This document shows, one piece after another, positions 18,128 through 27,603 of a stretch of DNA of 64,000 nt. The notes beneath the pieces are model-generated. The model did no database searches. It worked only from the letters and a program-made list of their open reading frames with translations, and was not told the DNA's origin. The stretch's first letter is position 1. Each line of letters starts with the position of its first letter. The translations under genes were made by a program, and so were the position numbers. Origin of the DNA: Candidatus Iainarchaeum sp. (GTDB lineage Archaea; Iainarchaeota; Iainarchaeia; Iainarchaeales; UBA10191); contig JAUSFL010000035.1 of assembly GCA_030649735.1 (NCBI GenBank), positions 1 through 64,000 on the forward strand, in the 5' to 3' direction.

Positions 18128-19273
18128 TTGGGTGCGGTTTTTGAGACTTCAATGAGTGTTGCGCAAGCCGTAAAGCTCGCCAAAGTCAATGTCTTTCCAA
18201 TGTATCCAATCACTCCAGCCACGCACATTGCTGAAGAAATTTCCAAAATGGTTGCAAATGGGGAAATTAATACTGAAGTGATTACTGTGGAAAGCGAGCA
18301 TTCCGCGCTTTCAGCGGCAATGGGGTCTATTGCTTCAGGCGCCCGCACTTTTACGACAACCAGTTCTCAAGGCCTGGCTTTAATGTTTGAAATTTTGCCG
18401 ATAATTTCCGGCAATAGATTGCCAATGGTAATGGCGGTTGCAAACAGGGCTCTTTCGGCGCCAATCAATATTTGGAACGACCATTCTGACGCTGTTTCCT
18501 GCAGGGACCAAGGCTGGATTCAATTATGGGTTGAAAGCTCTCAAGAGGCATTGGACGCTACAATTCAGGCCTTTAAAATTTCTGAAGACCTTTCAGTGCA
18601 GTTGCCTGTAATGGTAAACCTTGACGGTTTTACACTATCGCATGTTTTTGAGCCGGTTGACGTGCCAGAGCAAAAGAAAGTTGATTCTTTCCTGCCGGAA
18701 TTTGCGCCAGTGAATATTTTAGACCCGAAAAACCCAAAAACTTTTGGCCCGATTGCTTTCCCGAACGTTTACATGGAATTCCGCAAGGATTTGGATGATG
18801 CAATGCTTGCTTCAGAGGCAGTTATTGAAAAAGCCAATAAGGATTTTGCAAAAATTTTCAATCGCTCTTACGGAGACGGCCTTTTAGACTTGTATAAAAT
18901 GGAAGACGCGGAGTTTGCAATCATTGGAATGGGCTCTCTTTGCGGCACAGCGCGTTCTGTAATTGACAAATTGCGCAAAGAAAAGAAAAAAGTTGGCTTG
19001 ATAAGGCTTCGCACTTTACGCCCTTTCCCTAAAGCCCGCTTGCTTAAGGCCTGCAAAAATTTGAAGGCATTGGCTGTTATTGACAGGCATGTTTCTTACG
19101 GTTTTGAAGGCCCATTGCTCACTGATGTTCGTTCTGCATTTTTTGAAGAAAAGAAACGGCCTTTCATTAATGGCTTTATTGCAGGGCTTGGCGGGAGAGA
19201 CATTACTGAACAGCATTTGCAAAAGGCATTAGAGCTTGCAATGCAGGAAAAGCAAGGCGAGTGGTTGTTTTGA
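18128..19273 (+). CDS. porA: Pyruvate:ferredoxin oxidoreductase alpha subunit
   Basis: YPITP, VESEHSA, TSSQGL, NRAL, GLGGRD; start uncertain. Confidence 0.93.
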   Translation: MGAVFETSMSVAQAVKLAKVNVFPMYPITPATHIAEEISKMVANGEINTEVITVESEHSALSAAMGSIASGARTFTTTSSQGLALMFEILPIISGNRLPMVMAVANRALSAPINIWNDHSDAVSCRDQGWIQLWVESSQEALDATIQAFKISEDLSVQLPVMVNLDGFTLSHVFEPVDVPEQKKVDSFLPEFAPVNILDPKNPKTFGPIAFPNVYMEFRKDLDDAMLASEAVIEKANKDFAKIFNRSYGDGLLDLYKMEDAEFAIIGMGSLCGTARSVIDKLRKEKKKVGLIRLRTLRPFPKARLLKACKNLKALAVIDRHVSYGFEGPLLTDVRSAFFEEKKRPFINGFIAGLGGRDITEQHLQKALELAMQEKQGEWLF

Positions 19274-20187
19274 CTATTAACGGATTGGAAGAGTTTGAAG
19301 GCTTTGCATCAGGCCATAATGCCTGTTCAGGCTGCCTTGAGGCTTTAGTGCTCAGGCACGTGATTAAGGCGAGTGGACCGAACACCATTGCTGTTTCAGC
19401 GACTGGCTGCATGGAAGTAATTAGCACTGGCTTTCCGCAAACTTCCTGGCAAATTCCATGGATTCACTCTGCCTTTGAGAACGCTTCTGCAGTTGCTTCA
19501 GGAATTGATGCCGCATTAAAGGCTTTGGGAAAGCGGGAAAACGTGAACATCATAGTTTTTGGCGGCGATGGAGCGACTTTTGACATTGGCTTTCAATCGC
19601 TTTCTGGCGCAATGGAGCGCGGCCACAAGTTCTTGTACATTGTTACAGACAATGAAGCCTACGCCAACACTGGGGTTCAAAGAAGCAGTGCGACTTTTCC
19701 ATTCGCCAACACTACAACAACTCCGGCCGGCAAGAAAAGCTCTGGAAAGCTCGAGCCAAAAAAGCCATTGGATTTAATTATGGCGGCTCACGGAATTCCT
19801 TACATTGCCACTGCAACTCCGGCAAATGCCTTGGACATTTCCCGCAAAGTGAAAAAGGCGCTTTCAATCAATGCGCCGACTTTACTTCACGTGCTTTCCC
19901 CATGCGTTAAAAGCTGGGGTTATGCAGGCCCTAATGGCGTTGACTTGGCAAGGCTTGCAATCCAAACCCGCGTGTTTCCTTTAATGGAAATTGAAAAAGG
20001 CGTTCTAACTTTCACGCAAAAAGTCGAAAAGCAAAACGCAAGGCCTGTTGAAGAATACTTGATGCCTCAAAATCGCTTCAAGCATTTGACTCCGGACTTG
20101 ACAAGAAAAATCCAAGAGTACGTGAACGCGCGCTACGAGTTCTTGGAAAGCATTGAAGGAAAGAAAGCGTTTGACGTGCTTTACTGA
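19261..20187 (+). CDS. porB: Pyruvate:ferredoxin oxidoreductase beta subunit
   Basis: GHNACSGC, TGC, GGDG...DNEAYANTG TPP motif. Confidence 0.93.
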   Translation: MVVLTINGLEEFEGFASGHNACSGCLEALVLRHVIKASGPNTIAVSATGCMEVISTGFPQTSWQIPWIHSAFENASAVASGIDAALKALGKRENVNIIVFGGDGATFDIGFQSLSGAMERGHKFLYIVTDNEAYANTGVQRSSATFPFANTTTTPAGKKSSGKLEPKKPLDLIMAAHGIPYIATATPANALDISRKVKKALSINAPTLLHVLSPCVKSWGYAGPNGVDLARLAIQTRVFPLMEIEKGVLTFTQKVEKQNARPVEEYLMPQNRFKHLTPDLTRKIQEYVNARYEFLESIEGKKAFDVLY

Positions 20188-20706
20188 TTAAGCATTTCTT
20201 AAAATCAGCACGCAATAAGTTTCGCTTTTGTCAGGAAAGCTTGTTCCGCCATCGCCGCATTGCATTTCGCCAGTGGCAATGCTTTGGTTCTGCAAGTCTG
20301 CTGCAAGTCTTTTTGCAGCATCGCAGATTATTCCAAGTCTTGCTCTTTGGGAATTGCCGGAATATCTTAAAATTACATTATTTTCCGTTTGGATGAATTG
20401 AAAAGTATTGTTTGCTGAAAAATCGCCTTTCCCAATGCAAAGCTGCGTGGGCGAAATGTTCTTTGACTGCTGTGCGATTGATTTCCCGTTTAGGGTTGGG
20501 TTCATTTTATTGAATGTTGTTAGCGGGCTTTCAAGGTATCTTGTGTTGTTTAATAAGCCATACTTAACACGGTCCGCCGCTACTTTGTCTACTGGAATGC
20601 CCCCCTCTCCAATTGGGCCAAATCCGGGAGATAAAACAAGAAATATTATTGCGGCCAGTAAGATTATTATTAAAATTGCGATTCCAATCTTTTGAATTCT
20701 ATTCAT
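20188..20706 (-). CDS. Membrane-anchored hypothetical protein
   Basis: N-terminal TM helix, extracellular Cys residues. Confidence 0.6.
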   Translation of the reverse strand: MNRIQKIGIAILIIILLAAIIFLVLSPGFGPIGEGGIPVDKVAADRVKYGLLNNTRYLESPLTTFNKMNPTLNGKSIAQQSKNISPTQLCIGKGDFSANNTFQFIQTENNVILRYSGNSQRARLGIICDAAKRLAADLQNQSIATGEMQCGDGGTSFPDKSETYCVLILRNA

Positions 20707-20731
20707 GATTTAGAACAAGTGTTTTGTGTAT

Positions 20732-22276
20732 TTATTCTTTTGGCTTTTCCTTGCGCTTTCTTTTGACTATCTTGTCTGCTGTCTGGACAACGCCTTCGAT
20801 TGCGTGCTCTACTCTGTTATCTATTTCGTGCATTTCGTCCTTGATTATTTTCGGAAGTTTTGCAATGTTGTGGGCTGTTTTTTCAGTGCGCGTGGCGAGC
20901 GTTGTGATTAATTCGACTGTAAATCCCTTGAATGGGTTTCCGACTATGGCGTTGTAGAACATTTGCCTGTCCTTGATTTCTTCAACCAGCCTTACTTCCT
21001 TGATCCTGTTTTGGAAAACATACCACACGCCAATTCTTGCAAAAAAGCAAATCAGGAATATTGCCAAAAGATTTATCTTGAATATTAAAAAGTCATTCGG
21101 GATTATTGTCGCGAGAATTCCTCCAATCATTGCCCCGATGAAAACTCCGGTTCCGTTGAAAATGTTGTAGTATGCCGCGCAGCGCGTTCTTTTTTCAGGG
21201 GTTGTGGTGTCGAAGATGAAGTTTCCAGCCGCGAGGTTGAATCCAGCCCAGAAAAAGCCGGAAATGAAGAATTCGCAAAGGAAAATCAGCACCGGGTCCT
21301 TGAACAAGAACCAGTATAATGGAATTAATGAAACCATTAGTCCGCAAACCCGCAGGATTTTTTGGTTTCCAAAGCGGTCTGCTATTGGCCCCCAATATTG
21401 CATCATGAAAAGCGTTGAAATCATTGGCGCTATTGCGATTAGGGTAAAAGTCAAATAGTCAAAATGCAAGTATCTTAATTGGTAGACTGCAAAGAATGGC
21501 GCCGCAATGTTGACTGCCAATGAAAGGCAGCTTACGTAAAGCACGAAGTTTCCAAAATTATTGCTGCGCATTTTGCTGATGAATTGCGGAAATGTGAATT
21601 GGGCGGCCCTATTTGGGATGAACTGCGGGTCGTGCATTTTCATCAGGAAGTGGCGTGAAATCATTCTTGCAAGAAAGCTTATGAAAAACAATGCGGCAAA
21701 GCCGTACAGTATTTTGCTTTGCGGGAAAATGTTCAGGTAAAATCCCGCAAAAAGAGTTATTAGAAGAGTTATTGTTCCTGCTGCCGCGTTTCGCATTCCA
21801 AAATAAGTTCCCCGGTTTTCAATGGGCACTAAATCCCCCATCAGGCTTTGCCAAATTGGGCCGACAATTGCGCCGAAAACCGTGAACATTGTGTAAAATA
21901 TTATCACAAACCATACAATCCAGGAAGAATTCAATCCAGTGAAAATGAAAGGCGCGAGCAGTATTGGAATCCAGGTTATTGCCTGCAGGAACACGAAAAT
22001 TCCAATGAGTTTTTTCCTGTCTTTCACGATTTCCAAAAGCTCTGAAGAAAGCAGTTGAATCCATGCTGAAAGCAATTGCGGTATTGAAACAAGCATTGAG
22101 ATTTGAAAATTAGTGGCTTTTAATGCGACAGCAAAGGCGTTCATGAAGTTGATTCCAGCGCCTTGCATTACATTGAATGCCATTGCGTCCTTGACTGAAG
22201 CGTCAAGGCTTTTTTTGACTTTTTCCCCTTTTTCTTTTTGAATTCCAGCTATCTTTTGCTTTTCTAAAGAATCCAT
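20732..22276 (-). CDS. MFS transporter
   Basis: About 12 TM helices; DLVP..RG.YFG, WG.IADRFG motifs. Confidence 0.88.
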   Translation of the reverse strand: MDSLEKQKIAGIQKEKGEKVKKSLDASVKDAMAFNVMQGAGINFMNAFAVALKATNFQISMLVSIPQLLSAWIQLLSSELLEIVKDRKKLIGIFVFLQAITWIPILLAPFIFTGLNSSWIVWFVIIFYTMFTVFGAIVGPIWQSLMGDLVPIENRGTYFGMRNAAAGTITLLITLFAGFYLNIFPQSKILYGFAALFFISFLARMISRHFLMKMHDPQFIPNRAAQFTFPQFISKMRSNNFGNFVLYVSCLSLAVNIAAPFFAVYQLRYLHFDYLTFTLIAIAPMISTLFMMQYWGPIADRFGNQKILRVCGLMVSLIPLYWFLFKDPVLIFLCEFFISGFFWAGFNLAAGNFIFDTTTPEKRTRCAAYYNIFNGTGVFIGAMIGGILATIIPNDFLIFKINLLAIFLICFFARIGVWYVFQNRIKEVRLVEEIKDRQMFYNAIVGNPFKGFTVELITTLATRTEKTAHNIAKLPKIIKDEMHEIDNRVEHAIEGVVQTADKIVKRKRKEKPKE

Positions 22277-22402
22277 TTTCCAAACCCTTTGTTTTAAAGA
22301 TTGAAGGCTGGAAGGTTTTTAACAAATTGCATTATAATTAATTAGCAATTGTTTTCTTGGATTTCTTTAGAGAAAAAGAGAAACAGAATAGAAAATAGCC
22401 CA

Positions 22403-22475
22403 ACTACATAATAGAAAGATAATACATAATTACTTAGAAAAGCTACATAATACACAGGATTAAGCTACATAATAG
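22403..22475 (+). repeat. Four direct repeats of TACATAAT upstream of ftsZ
   Basis: Cores at 22405, 22423, 22444, 22466. Confidence 0.75.
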
Positions 22476-22541
22476 TATATTTTTCAAACTATTTGACTAC
22501 TATTTTATTCATTGTCTTAACTGTTTTCGTTAATCGTAGAG

Positions 22542-22556
22542 TAAAGTATTTAAATA
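22542..22556 (+). promoter_or_regulatory. BRE/TATA promoter of ftsZ
   Basis: TAAAGTATTTAAATA; SD GGGGTGA before the ATG. Confidence 0.65.
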
Positions 22557-22611
22557 GAAAAAGCAGAAGTCTATAAATTTCATTTTTATACTACATTGGG
22601 GTGATTTTTGA

Positions 22612-23703
22612 ATGAAATCTATTTTAGAAAGCGCAGTCACTAAAGGTGGTTCAAAAGCACGCGAAGACGATTCCAGAATTGAAGAGTTTGGAGCTCCAAA
22701 AATTATGGTTATCGGATGCGGTGGTGCAGGATGCAACACAGTTAACAGACTCGCAAACATGGGAATAAGCGGCGCTCAATTGATCGGAATTAACACAGAC
22801 AAGCAGCACTTGGCCTTGATTAACGATGAAATCACAAAGATTTTAATCGGAAAATCAGTTACAAGAGGACTCGGAGCTGGAGGATATCCAGAAATCGGAG
22901 CCAAAGCAGCAGAAGTTTCAAAGCAAGCTTTGGAAGAAGCATTAAGCGGCGTTGACATGCTCTTTATTAGCGCTGGAATGGGTGGAGGAACTGGAACAGG
23001 ATCTGCGCCAGTCGTTGCAGGAATTGCAAAAGAACAAGGGGCAATTGTTATCGGAATAGTCACATACCCTTTTGCTCTGGAAAAAGCAAGATTGATTAAA
23101 GCAGAAGAAGGACTAGACAAGCTTTTGGGATGCACTGACACTGTAATTGTCATTGACAACAACAGATTGGTCGAATTAGTGCCAAACTTGCCAATTTCTG
23201 ACGCATTCAAAGTTGCAGACGAAGTAATCGCAAGAACTGTCAGAGGAATTACTGAAACCATTACCCAGCCTTCATTAATCAACTTGGATTTTGCAGATGT
23301 CAGAAGCATCATGGGAAACCAAGGATTAAGCATGATTGCTGTTGGAGAATCAAAATCAGTAAACAAAGTCGAAGAAGTTGTCGAAGACACCTTGAAGAAC
23401 GCATTGTTGGACGTTGACATTGCAGGAGCTTCAGGAGCATTAATCCACATTACTGGCGGTCCAGAATTGACTTTGGGAGAAGCAAACGCTGTCGGCGAAA
23501 TGCTTACAGAAAACATCGACCCTAAAGCAACAGTCATTTGGGGAGCCAGAGTAGACCCGACTTTCGAAAACAAGATTGAAGTAATCGCAATCTTCACTGG
23601 AGTCCACAGCCCGTTCATCAAGAGCGGTTCAGCAAGGCAGCCACAGCAAAAGTACGGCTATACGAGCAGAGACAAAGACTTCGGAATAGACTACATCAAG
23701 TAA
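22612..23703 (+). CDS. ftsZ: Cell division protein FtsZ
   Basis: GCGGAGCN, GLGAGG, GMGGGTGTG, INLDFADV. Confidence 0.98.
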   Translation: MKSILESAVTKGGSKAREDDSRIEEFGAPKIMVIGCGGAGCNTVNRLANMGISGAQLIGINTDKQHLALINDEITKILIGKSVTRGLGAGGYPEIGAKAAEVSKQALEEALSGVDMLFISAGMGGGTGTGSAPVVAGIAKEQGAIVIGIVTYPFALEKARLIKAEEGLDKLLGCTDTVIVIDNNRLVELVPNLPISDAFKVADEVIARTVRGITETITQPSLINLDFADVRSIMGNQGLSMIAVGESKSVNKVEEVVEDTLKNALLDVDIAGASGALIHITGGPELTLGEANAVGEMLTENIDPKATVIWGARVDPTFENKIEVIAIFTGVHSPFIKSGSARQPQQKYGYTSRDKDFGIDYIK

Positions 23704-23717
23704 TTAAGTAAAATTTC

Positions 23718-23764
23718 AAAAGGGAAAGGGAATGATTTCCCTTCCTTTTTCTCTTTCTTTTTCT
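23718..23764 (+). terminator. Hairpin plus pyrimidine tract after ftsZ
   Basis: AAAAGGGAAAGGGAA...TTCCCTTCCTTTT followed by a T-rich run. Confidence 0.65.
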
Positions 23765-23827
23765 AATCATTTTTAAATTTAGGAAAGATTAAATACTGCT
23801 TCGGCTTTCTTTCTAACTGAAACAACC

Positions 23828-24781
23828 ATGCCGCAAAAGCCAATTAGAATAAGATACTCTGAAGACTTGACCCGCAAGCGAAAGCTTGCAGTTGCAAAAA
23901 AGGTTGGAAATGCATTTGCCGTGGTTGGAGACCCTAAATTTGGATTCAGCCCTAATGAGAAGCAGCAAATCAATGAGCGGCTTGGAAGATTTCAAAGAAT
24001 AAGCCTTGATAGGATGAACAAAAGGCAATTAAGCGATCATTTACGGCGTTTTGTCCAAAACCAGTCAAGGTTAACAAGCACTGCAATTCCGGAACGCGGA
24101 CTGGCCAAATTAAGCAGGCATACTATCGCAGTTGATAAGACATTGAACTTGAGAACTCTCGAAAATTTGGCAGAAAACATACTGAAAGAATCTAATTTTG
24201 GTTCTGAAATGCACAATTTTGGCGGCATTGACCCTTACGCCAAGCTTTCTGCATTGATTTGCTCAGCCGATGTAATGTACGGCCAGAAAGCCGGAGACAG
24301 AATTTTGGAAAGAATGATTTCTTCAAAAAAATTTTCCGAATTTGGCGACCTTCACTCTTATTTAGAGGCAACAACCAATGCTTTCAGGGGAAGATTGAAT
24401 GAAGGAAAAATTAAGGAATTGCTTAACAAGAGAGATGGGGGACCGCTTGAGGAAAATACCAAGGCAATTGCAATCAATGCCGCAATAATTGGGGGCTTTG
24501 ATGTTCACAAATTGTATTCTGGCAGAATACAGCCTTACCAGGAATTCTTGAACAGCATAATGCAGGGCAGGATTAGAGAAGCCTCAAAAAACCCGATTTT
24601 GGAAGCCAATAGCCCGGAAGCCCACGCCAGTTCTGTATTATTGAAGCAATCAATTCTGATGGAAGAACAGCTAAAAGGAATGGGCCTTGAAGGAGTTTCA
24701 ATGATGCAGCGTTCTATTAGGGGCCTGATGGTAATGTCTATTTTGGAAGGCGGCAGCGAAAGCAAGCGCAAAATAATTTGA
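23828..24781 (+). CDS. Hypothetical protein with basic N-terminus
   Basis: 317-aa ORF, no motif recognised. Confidence 0.65.
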   Translation: MPQKPIRIRYSEDLTRKRKLAVAKKVGNAFAVVGDPKFGFSPNEKQQINERLGRFQRISLDRMNKRQLSDHLRRFVQNQSRLTSTAIPERGLAKLSRHTIAVDKTLNLRTLENLAENILKESNFGSEMHNFGGIDPYAKLSALICSADVMYGQKAGDRILERMISSKKFSEFGDLHSYLEATTNAFRGRLNEGKIKELLNKRDGGPLEENTKAIAINAAIIGGFDVHKLYSGRIQPYQEFLNSIMQGRIREASKNPILEANSPEAHASSVLLKQSILMEEQLKGMGLEGVSMMQRSIRGLMVMSILEGGSESKRKII

Positions 24782-24847
24782 ATATTCTATTTCTCGCAAA
24801 CCAATTTCTTCATCACTTTAATATACCTTTTACTGCTTCAATAATTC

Positions 24848-25429
24848 ATGTTCGGCCTTGAATTGACAATTCCACTCCTTGGATTGATTGTTTTCTTAGT
24901 GAATGTAATTCCTGCATTCATGCCCCCAACCTGGATTGTGCTTGCTTATTTTTACATCACTAAAGGCGGTGATCCGTTAATGCTTGCCGTTTTTGGCGCT
25001 TTGTTCTCCACATTAGGGCGTTTGGTGCTTGCAAAATGGTCTGGGCCATTAGTTTCAAGGCTTTTGACAAAGCCGATGAAAAAGAACGCGGAGTTCGCGC
25101 ATGAAAAGTTTTCAAAGAATCCTTTCGCGAGCTTTTTTTTCACTTTCCTTTATGCCTTGAGCCCTTTCCCAAGCAATGCAATTTTCATGATTGCGGGAAC
25201 AGCAAAAATCCGCCTTGTTCCAATAGTTTTCGGATTTTTCATTGGCAGAATAATCTCTTATTTTGCGCTATTGCACCTTTCATTGTTTGCTGTCGGCTTT
25301 GTAAATTCCGGCCTTTCTTTTGAGGATCCCTTGGTTTGGGCAATTGACATTCTTGGAATTATCCTTACAATCGCGTTTTTCATGATTGACTGGACAAAGT
25401 TTCTGGGGAAAGAGGACAGCAAGAAATGA
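24848..25429 (+). CDS. VTT/DedA-like membrane protein
   Basis: PAFMPPTW, SPFPSN, GR motifs; multiple TM helices. Confidence 0.7.
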   Translation: MFGLELTIPLLGLIVFLVNVIPAFMPPTWIVLAYFYITKGGDPLMLAVFGALFSTLGRLVLAKWSGPLVSRLLTKPMKKNAEFAHEKFSKNPFASFFFTFLYALSPFPSNAIFMIAGTAKIRLVPIVFGFFIGRIISYFALLHLSLFAVGFVNSGLSFEDPLVWAIDILGIILTIAFFMIDWTKFLGKEDSKK

Positions 25430-25465
25430 AAAGCAATATTAATCCTAAATTGCATTAATTCTTTG

Positions 25466-26176
25466 ATGAGCAATTTTGGAAAGCCAGTAATCATAATTCC
25501 CGCATTTGACGAGGCAGAATTCATTGGCAGGACTTTAGGCTTGGTTCATGGTTCTGGCGTTGACGCCAATGTTTTGGTAGTTGATGACGGCTCCAAAGAC
25601 AAAACTGCAGAAATTGCGGCAGCCAAGGGCGTTAAAGTTTTGAGAATTCCTGAAAACTTCGGAAAGGCTTTCGCTTTTATTTCTGGCGTGAAAAAGGCAG
25701 TTCAGTCAAGGCCGATTGCAATAGTCTCGCTTGACGCAGACATGCTTAAGGCCACTGCGGCAGGCCTTAATGAATTAATCCAGCACGCGTCCAATGCAAC
25801 TTTGAAGAAAACCAGCGCAATGTTTGTGACTAGCGTGCGTGAAGGAGGCCCTGACGGCTATTGCTTTAGCCAGTCTTCTGGAATGCGAAGCTTTTCCCTG
25901 CCAGCGGTTGAAAAGCTTTCAAAATTAAGAATTGGCAGGTTTAAGACAAAATATGTTGGTTATGGCCTGGAAAAATTCTTGAACTTCTATTTTGGCAATG
26001 AATCCAAAGAGCTTTTCCTGTCTCGCGAGTTTCACGCGGCTGGCGCGCACAGAAAAGGCGCTTTAAGGCAGGATGTCGAAAGAGGCAATACTTCAAGGAG
26101 AATTGAAAAGCTTTCAGCGTTTCTGAACTTGCGAGAGCGAAAGAAAATCATCCGCAGGCAAAACTTTCCAAAATAG
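25466..26176 (+). CDS. Glycosyltransferase family 2
   Basis: IIPAFDE, VVDDGSKD, GK, LDAD. Confidence 0.82.
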   Translation: MSNFGKPVIIIPAFDEAEFIGRTLGLVHGSGVDANVLVVDDGSKDKTAEIAAAKGVKVLRIPENFGKAFAFISGVKKAVQSRPIAIVSLDADMLKATAAGLNELIQHASNATLKKTSAMFVTSVREGGPDGYCFSQSSGMRSFSLPAVEKLSKLRIGRFKTKYVGYGLEKFLNFYFGNESKELFLSREFHAAGAHRKGALRQDVERGNTSRRIEKLSAFLNLRERKKIIRRQNFPK

Positions 26177-26193
26177 CTGCCGGGTGTTTTGTA

Positions 26194-27174
26194 ATGAAAA
26201 CCAAAATTCTGAAGCCTTCAGCAAAAAGCATTTCTCAAGCCGCAAAAATCCTTTGCGCTGGGGGATTGGTTGCTTTTCCTACTGAAACAGTTTATGGCCT
26301 TGGCGCCAATGCCTTGAATGCAAAAGCAGTCAGCAAAATTTTCAAGGCAAAAGGCCGCCCTTCAGACAACCCGCTAATAGTCCATGTTTCTTCAATCGAG
26401 CAAGTGCCTTCGTTAGTCAAGAAAATTCCAAACAACGCGAAAGTTTTAATGAACAAGTTTTGGCCGGGGCCTTTGACTTTAGTGCTTTCAAAGTCTCCCG
26501 AAATTCCAAAAATAGTTACTGCTGGCCTTGACAGCGTTGCAATTCGAATGCCAGCCCATAAAGTGGCTCTTGAATTAATTCGCGCGGTTGGATTTCCATT
26601 GGCTGCGCCAAGCGCCAATCTTTCCACCACTCCGTCGCCAACAAATGCCTTGCATGTTTTTGAAGACTTGCACGATAGAATTTCATTAATCCTTGATGGT
26701 GGTAGCGTTAGAATTGGCGTTGAATCAACTGTTTTAGACCTTACTGGAAGAACTCCGACAATTTTAAGGCCTGGAGCAGTTACTTTAGAGCAATTGCGCA
26801 AAGTTTTAGGAAAAGTCAAAGTTCACAAGGCGGTTCACGGCGTGAAAAGCAAAGTCGCAAAAGTAAAATCTCCAGGCTTGAAGCACAAGCACTATTCTCC
26901 AAAAGCAAAAGTCTTGCTTTTCACTGGCGCGCGCGCAAAAGCCTTGGCAAAAATACGTAAGGAAAAATCAGCTTTGGAAAAGCAAGGCTTTAAGGCTGGA
27001 ATTATTTCAATTTCAAGCCCAAAGGCTTTGGCAAAGAGCGTTTTCAAAAAATTCCGCGAGTTTGATACTCAAGGCGTCCACTTCATTCTTGTTGCCGGGG
27101 TTGAAGAAAAAGGAATTGGCTTTGCTGTAATGAATAGGCTGAAAAGGGCTGCATCTAAAGAAATCAAGGCTTAA
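26194..27174 (+). CDS. sua5: L-threonylcarbamoyladenylate synthase
   Basis: AFPTETVYGLGA, KGRPSDNPLIVH, PSAN, SPG..HYSP. Confidence 0.96.
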   Translation: MKTKILKPSAKSISQAAKILCAGGLVAFPTETVYGLGANALNAKAVSKIFKAKGRPSDNPLIVHVSSIEQVPSLVKKIPNNAKVLMNKFWPGPLTLVLSKSPEIPKIVTAGLDSVAIRMPAHKVALELIRAVGFPLAAPSANLSTTPSPTNALHVFEDLHDRISLILDGGSVRIGVESTVLDLTGRTPTILRPGAVTLEQLRKVLGKVKVHKAVHGVKSKVAKVKSPGLKHKHYSPKAKVLLFTGARAKALAKIRKEKSALEKQGFKAGIISISSPKALAKSVFKKFREFDTQGVHFILVAGVEEKGIGFAVMNRLKRAASKEIKA

Positions 27175-27175
27175 T

Positions 27176-27583
27176 TTAATGGAATCTTTTGTCTTTAATT
27201 GCTTTGGCATTGATTAGTTTTTGCAATAATATTTCCACTGACTGGTCAATGACTGCCTTTTGGTTCACGTCAGTGAATTGCTCGAATTCTTCGTCTGAAG
27301 ACTCGCCAAGCTCAGCGTACAATTGGCTTAATGATTTCTTGTACTTTTTCGTGAAATCCTTCAGTTCTTTGAATTCCGGGACTTTTTTAATGTAAGTAAG
27401 CAGGTATTGCGTGATTTCTTCCTTGTCTCCAGGGTCTATTTTGCCGTCTGCAAGGCTTTTGAGCATTTTGTCCCATTCTTGAGGGTTTGACTGCAGTTCT
27501 GAAATTTTCATCCACAAATTGAATGAAATCCTTGCCTGCTCTTTCACTATTTTCCTGAAGGCTTCAAATTCCATGCTATCCAA
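27176..27583 (-). CDS. Hypothetical protein
   Basis: Helical acidic ORF, tight spacing with neighbours. Confidence 0.6.
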   Translation of the reverse strand: MDSMEFEAFRKIVKEQARISFNLWMKISELQSNPQEWDKMLKSLADGKIDPGDKEEITQYLLTYIKKVPEFKELKDFTKKYKKSLSQLYAELGESSDEEFEQFTDVNQKAVIDQSVEILLQKLINAKAIKDKRFH

Positions 27584-27603
27584 AGAATTAGAATTTACTG
27601 GTA

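Noticed and set aside
22776-23621. Long antisense ORFs (also 44332..45231, 35264..35800, 11956..12492 and others)
   Set aside because: Shadow frames opposite well-supported genes, with no motifs.
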